This document shows positions 39,642 through 49,959 of a stretch of 58,872 nt of DNA, piece after piece. Both the position numbers and the translations under genes were made by a program. Source of the DNA: Anaerofilum sp. (lineage in GTDB: Bacteria; Bacillota; Clostridia; Oscillospirales; Ruminococcaceae). The DNA is taken from positions 1 through 58,872 of the forward strand of contig JAHHUF010000001.1 in NCBI GenBank assembly GCA_020024115.1, read 5' to 3'. Under the pieces are notes generated by a model that was not told the origin of the DNA, made no database searches, and saw nothing but the letters and a program-made list of their open reading frames with translations. The first letter of the stretch is position 1. Each line of letters opens with the position of its first letter.

Positions 39642-42555
39642 TTGTTTTGCCCTCCTTTCGAGCATCAATTGCGGCAAACAGACTCCGCAGACGGATATTG
39701 ACTGCACCTAAATTCGTGATTTCGTCAATTTTAATCTGTGTATAAAGTTTATTGCCCTCTTGCAGAATTTCTTTGGTTTCATCGGTGGTGATGGAGTCTA
39801 CTCCACAGCCAAAGCTGACCAACTGCACCAGTTCCATATCGGGCTGACTGCATACATATTTTGCAGCCGCATACAAGCGGGAGTGGTATGTCCATTGATT
39901 TAAAACCCGTGTGAGGAATTTTTCTTGCAGCCAACTCACACTATCCTCGGTGACAACCGCTGCACCACAGCTGCAAATTAGGCGGTCGATGCCATGATTG
40001 ATTTCAGGGTCAACATGATAGGGTCTACCAGCAAGAACAATGATTGGTATTTGTTTGCTGCGAGCATATTCGATGATTTTTCTGCCTTCCGAACGCACAG
40101 CTGCCATGTGATGCTCATATTCCGAATAGGCTGCGTCACAGGCAGTCAGAACCTCTTTTGTAGTGATGTCAGGGAAATAGGCAGCCAAAATTTTGGGGAT
40201 TTTCTTTTCAAATTCCTTGCGGGAATGAATGCCCAGATATTCATAGATAAAGGTGGTTTGACGCAATTCCTGGCAGTTTGCGGAAATTACTTCAGGATAG
40301 TATGCAACAATGGGACAGTTGTAGTTGTTATCTCCCAGATGTTCGTCCATATTATAGGTCAGGCAGGGATAAAAAATCGTTTCCACTCCCATATCTGCCA
40401 ATGCACGAATATGCCCATGCACCAACTTTGCAGGGAAACAGACGGTGTCACTGGGGATGGTTGCCTGCCCAGACAAATAAAGCTGACGGTTGGAAATAGG
40501 GCTTGTGATGACTTCAAAGCCCAAAGAAGTGAAAAAGGCGTGCCAAAATGGCAGCAGCTCGTACATATTCAGCACCAAAGGGATACCGATTCTGCCACGC
40601 TTGCCCTTCACGGGCTGATAGCTTTGCAGCAGATTGAGTTTGTAGGCGTACAAATCCCGTTTTATGTCAGAATCACTGTGAGTGATGGGTTTTTCACAGC
40701 GGTTTCCGCTGATGTAGCGCTTTCCGCCGGCAAACAGATTGACTGTGAGCTGGCAATGGTTGGTACAGCTATTGCAGGTGATATTTTTCACCTGATGTGA
40801 AAATGTTTCTAAGCCATGCTGATTGATGATTTGACTTCTTGCACCAGCTGGAGAATGTGCCTTGCCATACAAAGCGGCACCGTATGCACCCATCAATCCC
40901 GCAATGTCAGGACGAATTACATCCACACCCATCTCTTGCTCAAAGGCACGCAAAACAGCCTCATTCATAAAAGTTCCGCCCTGTACCACAATGTTTTTGC
41001 CCAGTTCTTCGGGGCGAGAGGCACGGATAACCTTATAAATTGCGTTTTTGACAACACTAATGGAAAGACCTGCCGAAATGTTTTCAATGCTTGCACCATC
41101 TTTTTGTGCCTGTTTGACGCTGGAATTCATAAAAACTGTGCACCGGCTGCCCAAATCCACCGGTTTTTCGGCAAACAGAGCAAGACGAGAAAATTCCGGA
41201 ACATCGTATCCCAATGCTTGTGCAAAGGTTTGCAGAAAACTGCCACATCCCGAGGAACAAGCCTCATTCAGAAAAATATCGCTGATGCTGCCATCTTCCA
41301 CCTTGAAACACTTCATATCCTGTCCGCCGATATCAATAACAAAATCCACATCAGGAATAAAATGCTGGGCTGCTGTAAAATGGGCAACCGTTTCTACAAT
41401 GCCGAAATCTGCTTCAAAAGCACTTTTTATCAAGGCTTCACCATAGCCTGTTGTGGTGACACTGGCAATGGATAGCCCGGGGTGGCGTTGATACAAATCT
41501 AACAGCAAACTGCGAATCAACGGGATAGGGTTGCCGGAGTTGGTCTGATAGTTGGTGAACAAAAGCTGCTCTTTTTGGTCAATCACCACCATTTTAACAG
41601 TGGTGCTGCCCGCATCAATGCCGATATGGACTGGCCCTACATCTTCCCCAAAGGCAACCCGTGGAACAGAGGCTTTCATGTGCCGTGCATGAAACTGCTC
41701 ATATTCCTCTTTTGAAGCAAATAAAGGAGGACGGCTGGCATAACTGCCAAGCACGCCGTTCTGTTTCATTGCAGTTATAATGGTTTCTAAAGCTGCATCG
41801 GTATCTGCATAGAGTGCTGTGCCTAGTGCAACAAAAAACAGGCTGTTTTCCGGCTGTGTTCCTGTGAGATGCAGTGTTTGGTCAAAAGCTGCACGCAGCT
41901 GGCTGAAAAATGTGAGAGGGCCGCCCAGATACAATACATTGCCCTCGATGGCTCTGCCCTGTGCAAGCCCTGCAATGGTTTGGTTGACTACCGCATGAAG
42001 GATACTGGCAGAAATATCTGGAATGGTTGCCCCTTGATTCAGCAAAGGCTGCACATCGGTTTTGGCAAACACACCACAACGGCTGGCAATGGTGTGGATT
42101 TTTTCTGCTTTGGCAGCCTGCTCATCCAGTTCTTTGGGAGTCAGCCCAAGCAAAGTTGCCATTTGGTCAATAAATGCACCTGTGCCACCTGCACAGCTGC
42201 CATTCATCCGAACCTCAACACCGTTTTGTAAAAATAAAATTTTTGCATCTTCTCCACCCAGCTCAATAATGCAGTCTGTGTCAGGTGCAAATGTTTGGGC
42301 TGCAATGCGAGTTGCAAATACTTCCTGGACAAAAGCAACTCCACAATGCTCTGCAAACCCCATTGCAGCCGAACCCGAAATTGCCAGCTTTGCATAGGTG
42401 ATACCCAAATTTTCTTGTATGGTTTGCAAAAGATTTGCAGCTTTTTCTGCTATATGACTATTGTGTCGCTCATAGCTGGAAAAAACAATCTGATTTTGTT
42501 CATCCAAAGCTACACATTTTATGGTAGTAGAGCCAATATCAAGCCCAATCCTCAT
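39634..42555 (-). CDS. CoA-substrate-specific enzyme activase (two BcrAD/BadFG ATPase domains + DUF2229)
   Basis: GLDIGSTT, ELGGED, MNGSCAGGTG, second copy GIDAGSTT, DIGGQD, NEACSSGCG. Confidence 0.9.
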   Translation of the reverse strand: MRIGLDIGSTTIKCVALDEQNQIVFSSYERHNSHIAEKAANLLQTIQENLGITYAKLAISGSAAMGFAEHCGVAFVQEVFATRIAAQTFAPDTDCIIELGGEDAKILFLQNGVEVRMNGSCAGGTGAFIDQMATLLGLTPKELDEQAAKAEKIHTIASRCGVFAKTDVQPLLNQGATIPDISASILHAVVNQTIAGLAQGRAIEGNVLYLGGPLTFFSQLRAAFDQTLHLTGTQPENSLFFVALGTALYADTDAALETIITAMKQNGVLGSYASRPPLFASKEEYEQFHARHMKASVPRVAFGEDVGPVHIGIDAGSTTVKMVVIDQKEQLLFTNYQTNSGNPIPLIRSLLLDLYQRHPGLSIASVTTTGYGEALIKSAFEADFGIVETVAHFTAAQHFIPDVDFVIDIGGQDMKCFKVEDGSISDIFLNEACSSGCGSFLQTFAQALGYDVPEFSRLALFAEKPVDLGSRCTVFMNSSVKQAQKDGASIENISAGLSISVVKNAIYKVIRASRPEELGKNIVVQGGTFMNEAVLRAFEQEMGVDVIRPDIAGLMGAYGAALYGKAHSPAGARSQIINQHGLETFSHQVKNITCNSCTNHCQLTVNLFAGGKRYISGNRCEKPITHSDSDIKRDLYAYKLNLLQSYQPVKGKRGRIGIPLVLNMYELLPFWHAFFTSLGFEVITSPISNRQLYLSGQATIPSDTVCFPAKLVHGHIRALADMGVETIFYPCLTYNMDEHLGDNNYNCPIVAYYPEVISANCQELRQTTFIYEYLGIHSRKEFEKKIPKILAAYFPDITTKEVLTACDAAYSEYEHHMAAVRSEGRKIIEYARSKQIPIIVLAGRPYHVDPEINHGIDRLICSCGAAVVTEDSVSWLQEKFLTRVLNQWTYHSRLYAAAKYVCSQPDMELVQLVSFGCGVDSITTDETKEILQEGNKLYTQIKIDEITNLGAVNIRLRSLFAAIDARKEGKTND

Positions 42556-42782
42556 GTGAAAACCTCCGCAAAGAACAAATTATTTTTGCTCTTATATCGT
42601 TTATTAAATGTTGTTTTAGGGAATATATCATAATATTCAGTGATAAATTGTACCAATATACATTTTAATCACAAACTTAAAAAAAGCAAGATGCAAATAA
42701 AAATACATTGCTTTTTGTAGGCAATAAAGTATAATATTTTATACAAAACCACCACATTGTATAAAGGGAGGATAGCAGTAAA

Positions 42783-43883
42783 ATGAGAATTTTACATACT
42801 TCGGATTGGCATTTGGGATTGGATTTATGCCAGATTTCACTTTTGGAATATCAGCGGGCATGGGCAGATTGGCTGTGTGAAACGATACAGCAAAAAAACA
42901 TTGATGCAGTGCTGATTTGCGGCGATGTGTTTGACCGTGCCGTGAGTTCCCCGGAAGCGATTCGCCTGTATTCGGCAAGTCTTGAAAAAATTCACCAAGC
43001 AGGTGCAGCAGTTTTGATGATTGCGGGCAATCATGATGGCGCAGCCCGTCTGGCAGCCTGTGCTCCTCTTTTAGAAAACAGTCAAATTTACATTGCAGGA
43101 CAACTGGAACACCCTGTCAAAATTGTGGAATTTCCACAGGCAAGGTTTTTTCTTTTGCCCTATTTTGCGGCTGACCGTGTAAAAGCGCTGTTTCCTGATG
43201 CAACCGGCATGGTGGATGGTACACAAATGATTCTGGAAAGCTGCAAAGCGGCTTGTTTGCCAAACAAAAAGAACATTTTGCTGGCACATTGTTTTGTTGC
43301 AGGGGGACAAGCAGGCGAAAGCGACCGTGCAGCAGTGGTGGGAGGCAGCGCAGAACTGCCGGTTCAATTGTTTGAGGATTTTGATTATGTGGCATTGGGG
43401 CATATTCACCGCCCCCAAAAGTTAGGAGAAAATATTCGCTATTGCGGCACACCTATGAAATATTCTTTTTCAGAGCAGTCTCAGACCAAAACAGTCCCTT
43501 TGTATGATACAGAAAGCGGAGAAGTGGAATTGGTTGAAATTCCTGAATTTGTTTCTTTAAAGGTGCTGACAGGGGATTTGGAGCAACTGCTCCAGCAATC
43601 TCAACAGCAAGACTACGAAAATGTTTTTGTCAAACTCGTCCGAACCGATGGCATTGCTGACCTGAATACACAGACCCAACTGCGGCAGGCATTCCCAAAA
43701 GTGCTGCAAATTGAAGGCAGAAGTGCTGTTACCGAACAGCAGGAAATGGGAGCAATCGAAAGTTTGCCGCCATTGGAGCTGCTGCGAATGTTTTATCAAG
43801 AACGAACAGGGCAGGAACCAAAACCGGAACTGGAAGAATGGTTTTTGGAAATGTTGGAGCAAAAGGAGGAAATGGAGCAATGA
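42783..43883 (+). CDS. sbcD: Exonuclease SbcCD subunit D
   Basis: LHTSDWHLG, GDVFD, GNHD, ALGHIH. Confidence 0.93.
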   Translation: MRILHTSDWHLGLDLCQISLLEYQRAWADWLCETIQQKNIDAVLICGDVFDRAVSSPEAIRLYSASLEKIHQAGAAVLMIAGNHDGAARLAACAPLLENSQIYIAGQLEHPVKIVEFPQARFFLLPYFAADRVKALFPDATGMVDGTQMILESCKAACLPNKKNILLAHCFVAGGQAGESDRAAVVGGSAELPVQLFEDFDYVALGHIHRPQKLGENIRYCGTPMKYSFSEQSQTKTVPLYDTESGEVELVEIPEFVSLKVLTGDLEQLLQQSQQQDYENVFVKLVRTDGIADLNTQTQLRQAFPKVLQIEGRSAVTEQQEMGAIESLPPLELLRMFYQERTGQEPKPELEEWFLEMLEQKEEMEQ

Positions 43884-46800
43884 GACCGATTTTTTTGGAA
43901 TTTGAGGCATTTGGCCCATATCCTCAAAAACAGCAAATTGATTTTCAGACCTTTGGAGCAGAAAAAGGTGGATTGTTTTTGATTCAAGGCGAAACAGGAG
44001 CAGGCAAAACAATTTTGCTGGATGCCATGACCTGTGCGTTGTATGGGAAAAGCAGTGGAAAAACAAGAGGTGAATTGGAGCAAATGCGCTGCCAATTGGC
44101 AGAGAAAACGCAAGTGACCGAAGTGACCTTTGTTTTTGAAAGCAGAGGGAAAAAGTATCGTTTTTATCGCAAATTGCGCCCAAAACGCCGCAGAACTCCC
44201 GATGCACCCGAAACTTTTGACAAAGAAGGTTTTGCCAATGTTGAAAAACAAGGCATTTGGGAGCCATTGGAAGAAAAAATTACATATTCAAAAATCGAAA
44301 ATTTTGCAGCAGAAGTCACTGGGCTGACCTATGAACAATTTTGTCAGGTTGTGCTGTTGCCACAAGGCAAGTTTGAGGAATTTCTGGTGTCTGATACAAA
44401 AGGCAAGGAGGCTGTGCTGAGTACCCTTTTTGATAATGCTCAATGGGAATTTTTGGCAGAGCGGATGAAAAACCAATCCAACGCAGAAAAAGCAAACTTG
44501 GACGAACTAAAAATAGAGATTGAAAAACAACTGCAAGCTGAAGGCTGGGAAGGCAAAGAGCAAATGGAAGAAAGGCGCAGCCAAAAACAAGAAATCATTT
44601 TGCAGCTGAGAAATCAAAGTGAACAAGACCACAATCGTCTGTTGCAGCAGCAGGAACAATATCGAAAGGCAGAAAAGCTGGCAGAGTTGTTTGAACTTTT
44701 AAAGCAAGCAGAGCAGGAGCAGCAGGATTTGCAGCAGCTGAAACCTCAGCGAGAGCAAGAGCAGAAACAATTGAATTTGGCAATGCAAGCAGAAAGTGCA
44801 GCCACTGCGATGGATTTGGCACAAGCCGCAAATATTCGCTTACAGCAAGCGATTACAGAATACAAGCAAGCACAGACAAATCAAAAACAGGCAGAAGACA
44901 GGCAGCAGCAAACACAAAAAGCCCTGCAAGACGCAAGCTGTATGGAAACAGAACAGGAAGAACTAAAAAAAATACAGACACAAGCCGAAAATTTGATTCC
45001 TGTCTATCAAAAGGCGGAAATATTTGCAGCGAAACAACAAGAAAGCCAGCGAAAACTGACACAGTTGGCAGGTCAACTTTTGCGTGCCGCAGAGCAGGCA
45101 CAAAAACAATTGCAATATTTAAAGCAAACCCAGCAGCAAACCCAGCAAGATTTGACCAATGCCCAGCAGCAGATGGATATTTATCAAAAAGAATTGCAGC
45201 AAATGGGTGATTTTTCCACAAAAGAAAAAGAATTTGTTGAAAAACAAACCCAGCTTAAAACTTTATTCCCCATTGCAAAGGAATTAGAAACCGTACAAAG
45301 GGAACTTACAGTATTACAAAAAACACAAACCCAGACAGGTGCAATGTTGGTACAAGCTGTGAAACAAGAACAAACACAGGTGAAACAATTGCAGGCAGCT
45401 TTGAAACAGGCAGAACAACAGGAAAAAGATGCCCAAACCGTTGTGGAACAGGCAGAGCAACAGCAACAAGCATTGCAAACCCTTTTTTTACAGCAAAGTG
45501 CAGCCCATTTGGCAGAGCAGTTGAAAGACGGTCAACCTTGCCCGGTATGCGGTAGTGTGCATCATCCTCATTTGGCACAAAAAGGTGAGAGAGTTTTGCC
45601 TGAACAACTTGAACAAGCCCAGCAAGACACAAAAAAAGCACAGGATGAATTTTATTCCATCAAACAAAAGAGAGAACAGTTGTTGCAGAACATTCAAATC
45701 ATGCAGCAAAAACTGCTGCCTTTGGAGCAAGAGGCGAATCAGTGGCAAAGTGACCTCTTTGTGTCCCATCCCATCACCCAAAAGCCAGAGGATTTGCTGC
45801 GTCAGTTAGACAAAATACAAGCAGAACAATCTGCAAAACAGCAGAGTCTGGCTCAGCTTAAACATCAGATGGGAGAAAGAGAAACTGTTTCTCCGCAATC
45901 CATTCAAGAGGAATATAATGCAATTTCTCAGCAATATCAAACCTTGAAACAACAGCATCAAACACTTGAACAACAGTATCAGAAATTACAACAGCAGATT
46001 CAACAACTGATTCCTCAAAAGGCACAGATAGAGCAAAAAATAGAATCCTTTGAGCAGCAAAGTGAATATTTGAGTAAGATGGCAGAACGGTGGAATGGCT
46101 ATTCAATGTGCTGTGAGGAGATTTCTCCAAAAGATTGGCAGCAGTTGCCTGCGTTAGTGGAACAAGTGGCAACACAATACAATGCTGATTCTCAAGCGGC
46201 AAAAGAGATGGCACAGCAATTGGATACTCGCTGGAAAAATATCCTCCAATTACAGCAGGCAGCATCCAATGCAGCTGTAAAAATTGAAGACTTAAAAGCA
46301 CGCTACCAAAAATTGCAAGAGGAAAATGAAACAGCTTGCAATGAATGTAATCAGGCAAGAGGTCGTGCAGAACAGGCATTGAGTAATGGGAAAAAGGCAC
46401 GAGAAGAAAGCAATCAAGCACAGATAAATTGTGAGCAGGCGGTGCAGCAGGCAGGGTTTGCAACAGTGGAAGAATGCCAAACAGCAAGGATGCAGCTATC
46501 TGAACGAAAAGAATTGGAAAAAATTTTGTTGGAATACAGCCATCAAATTCAGACCAACCAGCAAAAAATACAACAATTGCAGCAGCAAATCGGAAACCGG
46601 CAGTCTCCCCATTTGGAATTGGAACGGGAAAAGTTGGAGCAGATGGAAAAGCAGTATAGTGATACCAATGAACAAAAAGCAGTTGTACAAAATCAGACAG
46701 AACGGTTGGAAGAAATTCAAAATAAGGTAAAACAAAATCAAGGAAAATTTGCCAAACAGCAAGAACAATGGCAGCTACGACACGATTTTGCTGTGCTGCT

Positions 46801-47296
46801 GAAAGGCGAAAAAGGGCTTTCGTTAGCACGCTTTATTTTGGCGAAACAACTGGATTTGGTAACAGAACAAGCCAATTTACAGCTGCAAAAGGTACATGGT
46901 GGACGGTATCGTCTGTATCGTACTGTGGATGCAGGTACAGGACGCAAAACGGGGTTAGAACTGGAAGTGGAAGATGCCATCAGCGGAAAACGACGCAGCG
47001 TCAATGGATTGTCAGGCGGAGAGAAATTCCTTGTCTCCTTGGCGTTGTCTTTGGGGCTTTCGGCTGTGGTTCAGGCACAAAACGGCGGTATTTGCATTGA
47101 AGCAATGTTTATTGATGAGGGCTTTGGCACCCTTGACCCTTCTTCCATTGCAGATGCGCTGGATATGCTGCTGTCTGTACAGAACAGTGGCAGAATGGTT
47201 GGCATTATCAGCCATGTGGAGGCATTGAGAGAAAGCATTTCCAATGGGATTTTTGTTGAGAAAAAGAAAAGTGGAAGTGTTATGCGGATTTTTTAA
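43880..47296 (+). CDS. sbcC: Exonuclease SbcCD subunit C (SMC-family ATPase)
   Basis: GETGAGKT, zinc hook PCPVCGS, LSGGE, FIDEGFG; ATGA overlap with sbcD. Confidence 0.93.
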   Translation: MRPIFLEFEAFGPYPQKQQIDFQTFGAEKGGLFLIQGETGAGKTILLDAMTCALYGKSSGKTRGELEQMRCQLAEKTQVTEVTFVFESRGKKYRFYRKLRPKRRRTPDAPETFDKEGFANVEKQGIWEPLEEKITYSKIENFAAEVTGLTYEQFCQVVLLPQGKFEEFLVSDTKGKEAVLSTLFDNAQWEFLAERMKNQSNAEKANLDELKIEIEKQLQAEGWEGKEQMEERRSQKQEIILQLRNQSEQDHNRLLQQQEQYRKAEKLAELFELLKQAEQEQQDLQQLKPQREQEQKQLNLAMQAESAATAMDLAQAANIRLQQAITEYKQAQTNQKQAEDRQQQTQKALQDASCMETEQEELKKIQTQAENLIPVYQKAEIFAAKQQESQRKLTQLAGQLLRAAEQAQKQLQYLKQTQQQTQQDLTNAQQQMDIYQKELQQMGDFSTKEKEFVEKQTQLKTLFPIAKELETVQRELTVLQKTQTQTGAMLVQAVKQEQTQVKQLQAALKQAEQQEKDAQTVVEQAEQQQQALQTLFLQQSAAHLAEQLKDGQPCPVCGSVHHPHLAQKGERVLPEQLEQAQQDTKKAQDEFYSIKQKREQLLQNIQIMQQKLLPLEQEANQWQSDLFVSHPITQKPEDLLRQLDKIQAEQSAKQQSLAQLKHQMGERETVSPQSIQEEYNAISQQYQTLKQQHQTLEQQYQKLQQQIQQLIPQKAQIEQKIESFEQQSEYLSKMAERWNGYSMCCEEISPKDWQQLPALVEQVATQYNADSQAAKEMAQQLDTRWKNILQLQQAASNAAVKIEDLKARYQKLQEENETACNECNQARGRAEQALSNGKKAREESNQAQINCEQAVQQAGFATVEECQTARMQLSERKELEKILLEYSHQIQTNQQKIQQLQQQIGNRQSPHLELEREKLEQMEKQYSDTNEQKAVVQNQTERLEEIQNKVKQNQGKFAKQQEQWQLRHDFAVLLKGEKGLSLARFILAKQLDLVTEQANLQLQKVHGGRYRLYRTVDAGTGRKTGLELEVEDAISGKRRSVNGLSGGEKFLVSLALSLGLSAVVQAQNGGICIEAMFIDEGFGTLDPSSIADALDMLLSVQNSGRMVGIISHVEALRESISNGIFVEKKKSGSVMRIF

Positions 47297-47450
47297 ACTG
47301 TAAGCAAAGGATAACCTTGTACAAGAGCATACAATTCAAAAACATCAAAAGGGCAAGAGAGAATTTATTTTGAATCCTCTTTTGCCCTTTTTGATGGTGT
47401 GAATAAATTGCTTGACTTATTGATGCAATTGATAAAACGCTACCAAGCAT

Positions 47451-47873
47451 TTATATATAATTGTCGTCCTCCGGTATTTCATCGGGAGTAATCCAATCAA
47501 TTTCGTTTAACAGTGCACCTGTTTCAATCACTTTACAAATGCACTCCTATGCTAATTTGGGAGAGATGAATAAACCTTCTGAAATATATAGACCATCTCC
47601 CCAAACATCCAAAACAGTTCTTAATTTTGCTTTGTTGGACACAGATAAATATTGCTGTTCTCCATCAAAAAATCTAATATAAACACCATATTCCTTTACA
47701 AAAGCGATTGATAGCTGAATTTCTCTATCATTTTGTTGATAAGTTATCATTCCGCAGCAATCTTCAAAGGTTTCATTTGAATATAAAAAGGATTTCAATT
47801 CCTATAATGTTTTTCTTTCAAAATGAACATACTCATTTTCTGTTTTATCAATATTAAATTGTATGGGTACCAT
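47451..47873 (-). pseudogene. 140-codon gene broken by two in-frame TAG stops; resembles Imm1-type immunity proteins
   Basis: AAGGTG RBS, ATG at 47873; one frame to TAA at 47451 with TAG at 47802-47804 and 47547-47549. Confidence 0.7.
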
Positions 47874-48092
47874 TTTATTTCACCTTTCAAAAATTGATTT
47901 TTTTAAAAGTATATCACCGAATTTTTTACAAATCCATATCATTTTAGTTTGTTGTTTTGAGTTGTTTGAGATAGGGATAGTAGTTTGATGCCAAATAAAA
48001 AGACCAAAAGGTTGATTACAAAATCAATCTTTTGGTCTTTTTTGAGATGATTCCTGCAAAGGGGAAGAAAGGATTTTTTCACACTTTTTTAC

Positions 48093-48644
48093 TTAGTGCT
48101 CATAGCAGATTGCAGTGCGGATTTTTTGTGCAGTTTCTTTTCCTTCCAACAGTTGCAAAAGATGCAGCCCAAAAGGAATGGCTGCCCCTAAACCTCTGCC
48201 GGTGAGAATGGTTCCATCTTGTATAAATTCGGTTTGAAAAACAGTTGCACCATCTAATTTGTCCTCAAAAGCAGGAAAGGAAGTGGCTTTTTTGCCTTTC
48301 AGCAAACCCATTTCTCCCAAAATGCTGGGTGCAGCACAAATGGCAGAAATCCATTTGCCTTTTTGGTGGAATGTTTCAACAGCATTTCGCACAAAGTTGC
48401 TCTTTCCTAGATTGAGTGTACCAGGCATTCCACCAGGAAGAAACAAGCCATCAAATTCATCTAAATGCAGTTCAGAAGCCAACGTGTCCGCTTGAATGTT
48501 GACTTGATGGGAACTGATGACCTGCAAAGAATCAGAAATAGATGCAGTTGTAACTTCCACACCGCCACGGCGCAGAATATCTACAACAAGCAGACCTTCA
48601 CATTCTTCAAATCCTTCTGCCAGAAATACACAAATTTTAGACAT
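48093..48644 (-). CDS. DJ-1/PfpI family protein (YajL/ThiJ-like)
   Basis: GFEECE, LPGGMPG, AICAAP; GGAGG RBS before ATG at 48644. Confidence 0.92.
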   Translation of the reverse strand: MSKICVFLAEGFEECEGLLVVDILRRGGVEVTTASISDSLQVISSHQVNIQADTLASELHLDEFDGLFLPGGMPGTLNLGKSNFVRNAVETFHQKGKWISAICAAPSILGEMGLLKGKKATSFPAFEDKLDGATVFQTEFIQDGTILTGRGLGAAIPFGLHLLQLLEGKETAQKIRTAICYEH

Positions 48645-48663
48645 TATAAAATCCTCCATTCTA

Positions 48664-48718
48664 GTGGATATCCAAAAAGTCGAAATTTTCGTCAATTTCT
48701 TAATTTTCAGATACGGTC
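48664..48718. mobile_element. MITE-like element, copy 3 (55-bp internally deleted derivative)
   Basis: TA-GTGGATATCCAAAAAGTCGAAATTTTCGTCAATTTCTTAATTTTCAGATACGGTC-TA equals both ends of copies 1/2 joined at TTCGTC; a further inverted fragment at about 48733-48768. Confidence 0.7.
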
Positions 48719-48877
48719 TAAAAAACAAAAACTATCAAAAATAAGGAAATTGACCGATTTTTACAAGGCCTTTTCTTGAAATCAATCAATAATTCGATGC
48801 TTTTTTAGTAATTTTTTGCTGCTGTATCAATATAATAAAAGAATATCACAAAAATATTATACAGAGAGGGAATTTTT

Positions 48878-48973
48878 ATGAAAACTTTTTTAATTGTTTT
48901 GCTCATTGCCTCTTTTTTGTCGGCTTTTGTGTTATATGCTTGTGTGTGGGTTGGGGGAGATAATCACAAGTGA
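48878..48973 (+). CDS. Small single-TM peptide (31 aa)
   Basis: GAGGG RBS; MKTFLIVLLIASFLSAFVLYACVWVGGDNHK*; TATAAT upstream and hairpin downstream. Confidence 0.55.
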   Translation: MKTFLIVLLIASFLSAFVLYACVWVGGDNHK

Positions 48974-49025
48974 TGGCAAAAAAGCAAAAGCACACTGCAA
49001 ATCAACAGCAGTGTGCTTATTTTAT

Positions 49026-49937
49026 TTATAATGCACGAATATATTCAGCAGCAGCCAAGGCAGCAACAGCACCATCTGCAGCCGCTGTTACTAGCTGGCG
49101 TACGGTTTTTGTGCGTCCATCACCGGCAGCATAGATGCCGGCAATATTTGTACGGCAATCCTCTTGTGCAGAGATATAGCCATAAGAGTCGGTTGCAACC
49201 AAATCGGTGAAGGCTGCATTTTGTGGAATTTGTCCAATTGCCACAAACAAACCATCCAACTCAAGCTGTTCCCTTTTTTGTGTGGGAAGATGCTCCAAAG
49301 TAACGCTGGACAATGCAGTATCGCCATGCAGTTCAACAATGGTAGTGTCCAAAATAAATTCTACATTGGGCAGCTTTTTCAAACGCTCTACCTGAGAGGA
49401 TTCACCACGGAACTCACTGCGGCGATGGATTAAATACACCTTGCTGCACAGTTTGGACAGCACTTCTGCATCTTCCAATGCAGTATTTCCACCACCCATA
49501 ACAGCAACGGTTTTTCCTTGAAAAAAGGAGCCATCACAGGTTGCACAATACGAGATGCCTCGCCCTGTCAGACGCTCTTCCCCTGCAATGCCCAAAGGGC
49601 GGTTTTTGGCACCGGTTGCCAAAATCAGAGCTTTTCCCTCATAGACTGCATTTGCAGTTTTTACCACTTTTTTGTCGTTGTGGTTTTCAGCAGAAACAAC
49701 GCTTTCAAAGGCAAATTGAACACCTAACTGTTCTGCCTGTGCATATAAATTGTTTGCAAAATCCGCACCGGAAATACATCCGATTCCGGGATAGTTTTCC
49801 ACAGTGGGAGAAACTATAATCTGCCCACCATACATTGCACCTTCAAATACCAAGGTGGACAACCCGGCACGGGCAGCATAAATTGCAGCAGAAAGCCCAG
49901 CAGTTCCGGCGCCAATAATCATCAGGTCGTACATCAT
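49026..49937 (-). CDS. trxB: Thioredoxin reductase
   Basis: IIGAGTAG, SYCATCDG, GGGNTALE. Confidence 0.95.
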   Translation of the reverse strand: MMYDLMIIGAGTAGLSAAIYAARAGLSTLVFEGAMYGGQIIVSPTVENYPGIGCISGADFANNLYAQAEQLGVQFAFESVVSAENHNDKKVVKTANAVYEGKALILATGAKNRPLGIAGEERLTGRGISYCATCDGSFFQGKTVAVMGGGNTALEDAEVLSKLCSKVYLIHRRSEFRGESSQVERLKKLPNVEFILDTTIVELHGDTALSSVTLEHLPTQKREQLELDGLFVAIGQIPQNAAFTDLVATDSYGYISAQEDCRTNIAGIYAAGDGRTKTVRQLVTAAADGAVAALAAAEYIRAL

Positions 49938-49959
49938 TTTGCGGCTCCTTCAATCAGAA

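Noticed and set aside
42783..47296. SMC ATPase + nuclease pair as a Wadjet/Lamassu-type defence system
   Set aside because: Canonical sbcD-sbcC motifs including the zinc hook, and no accessory defence genes
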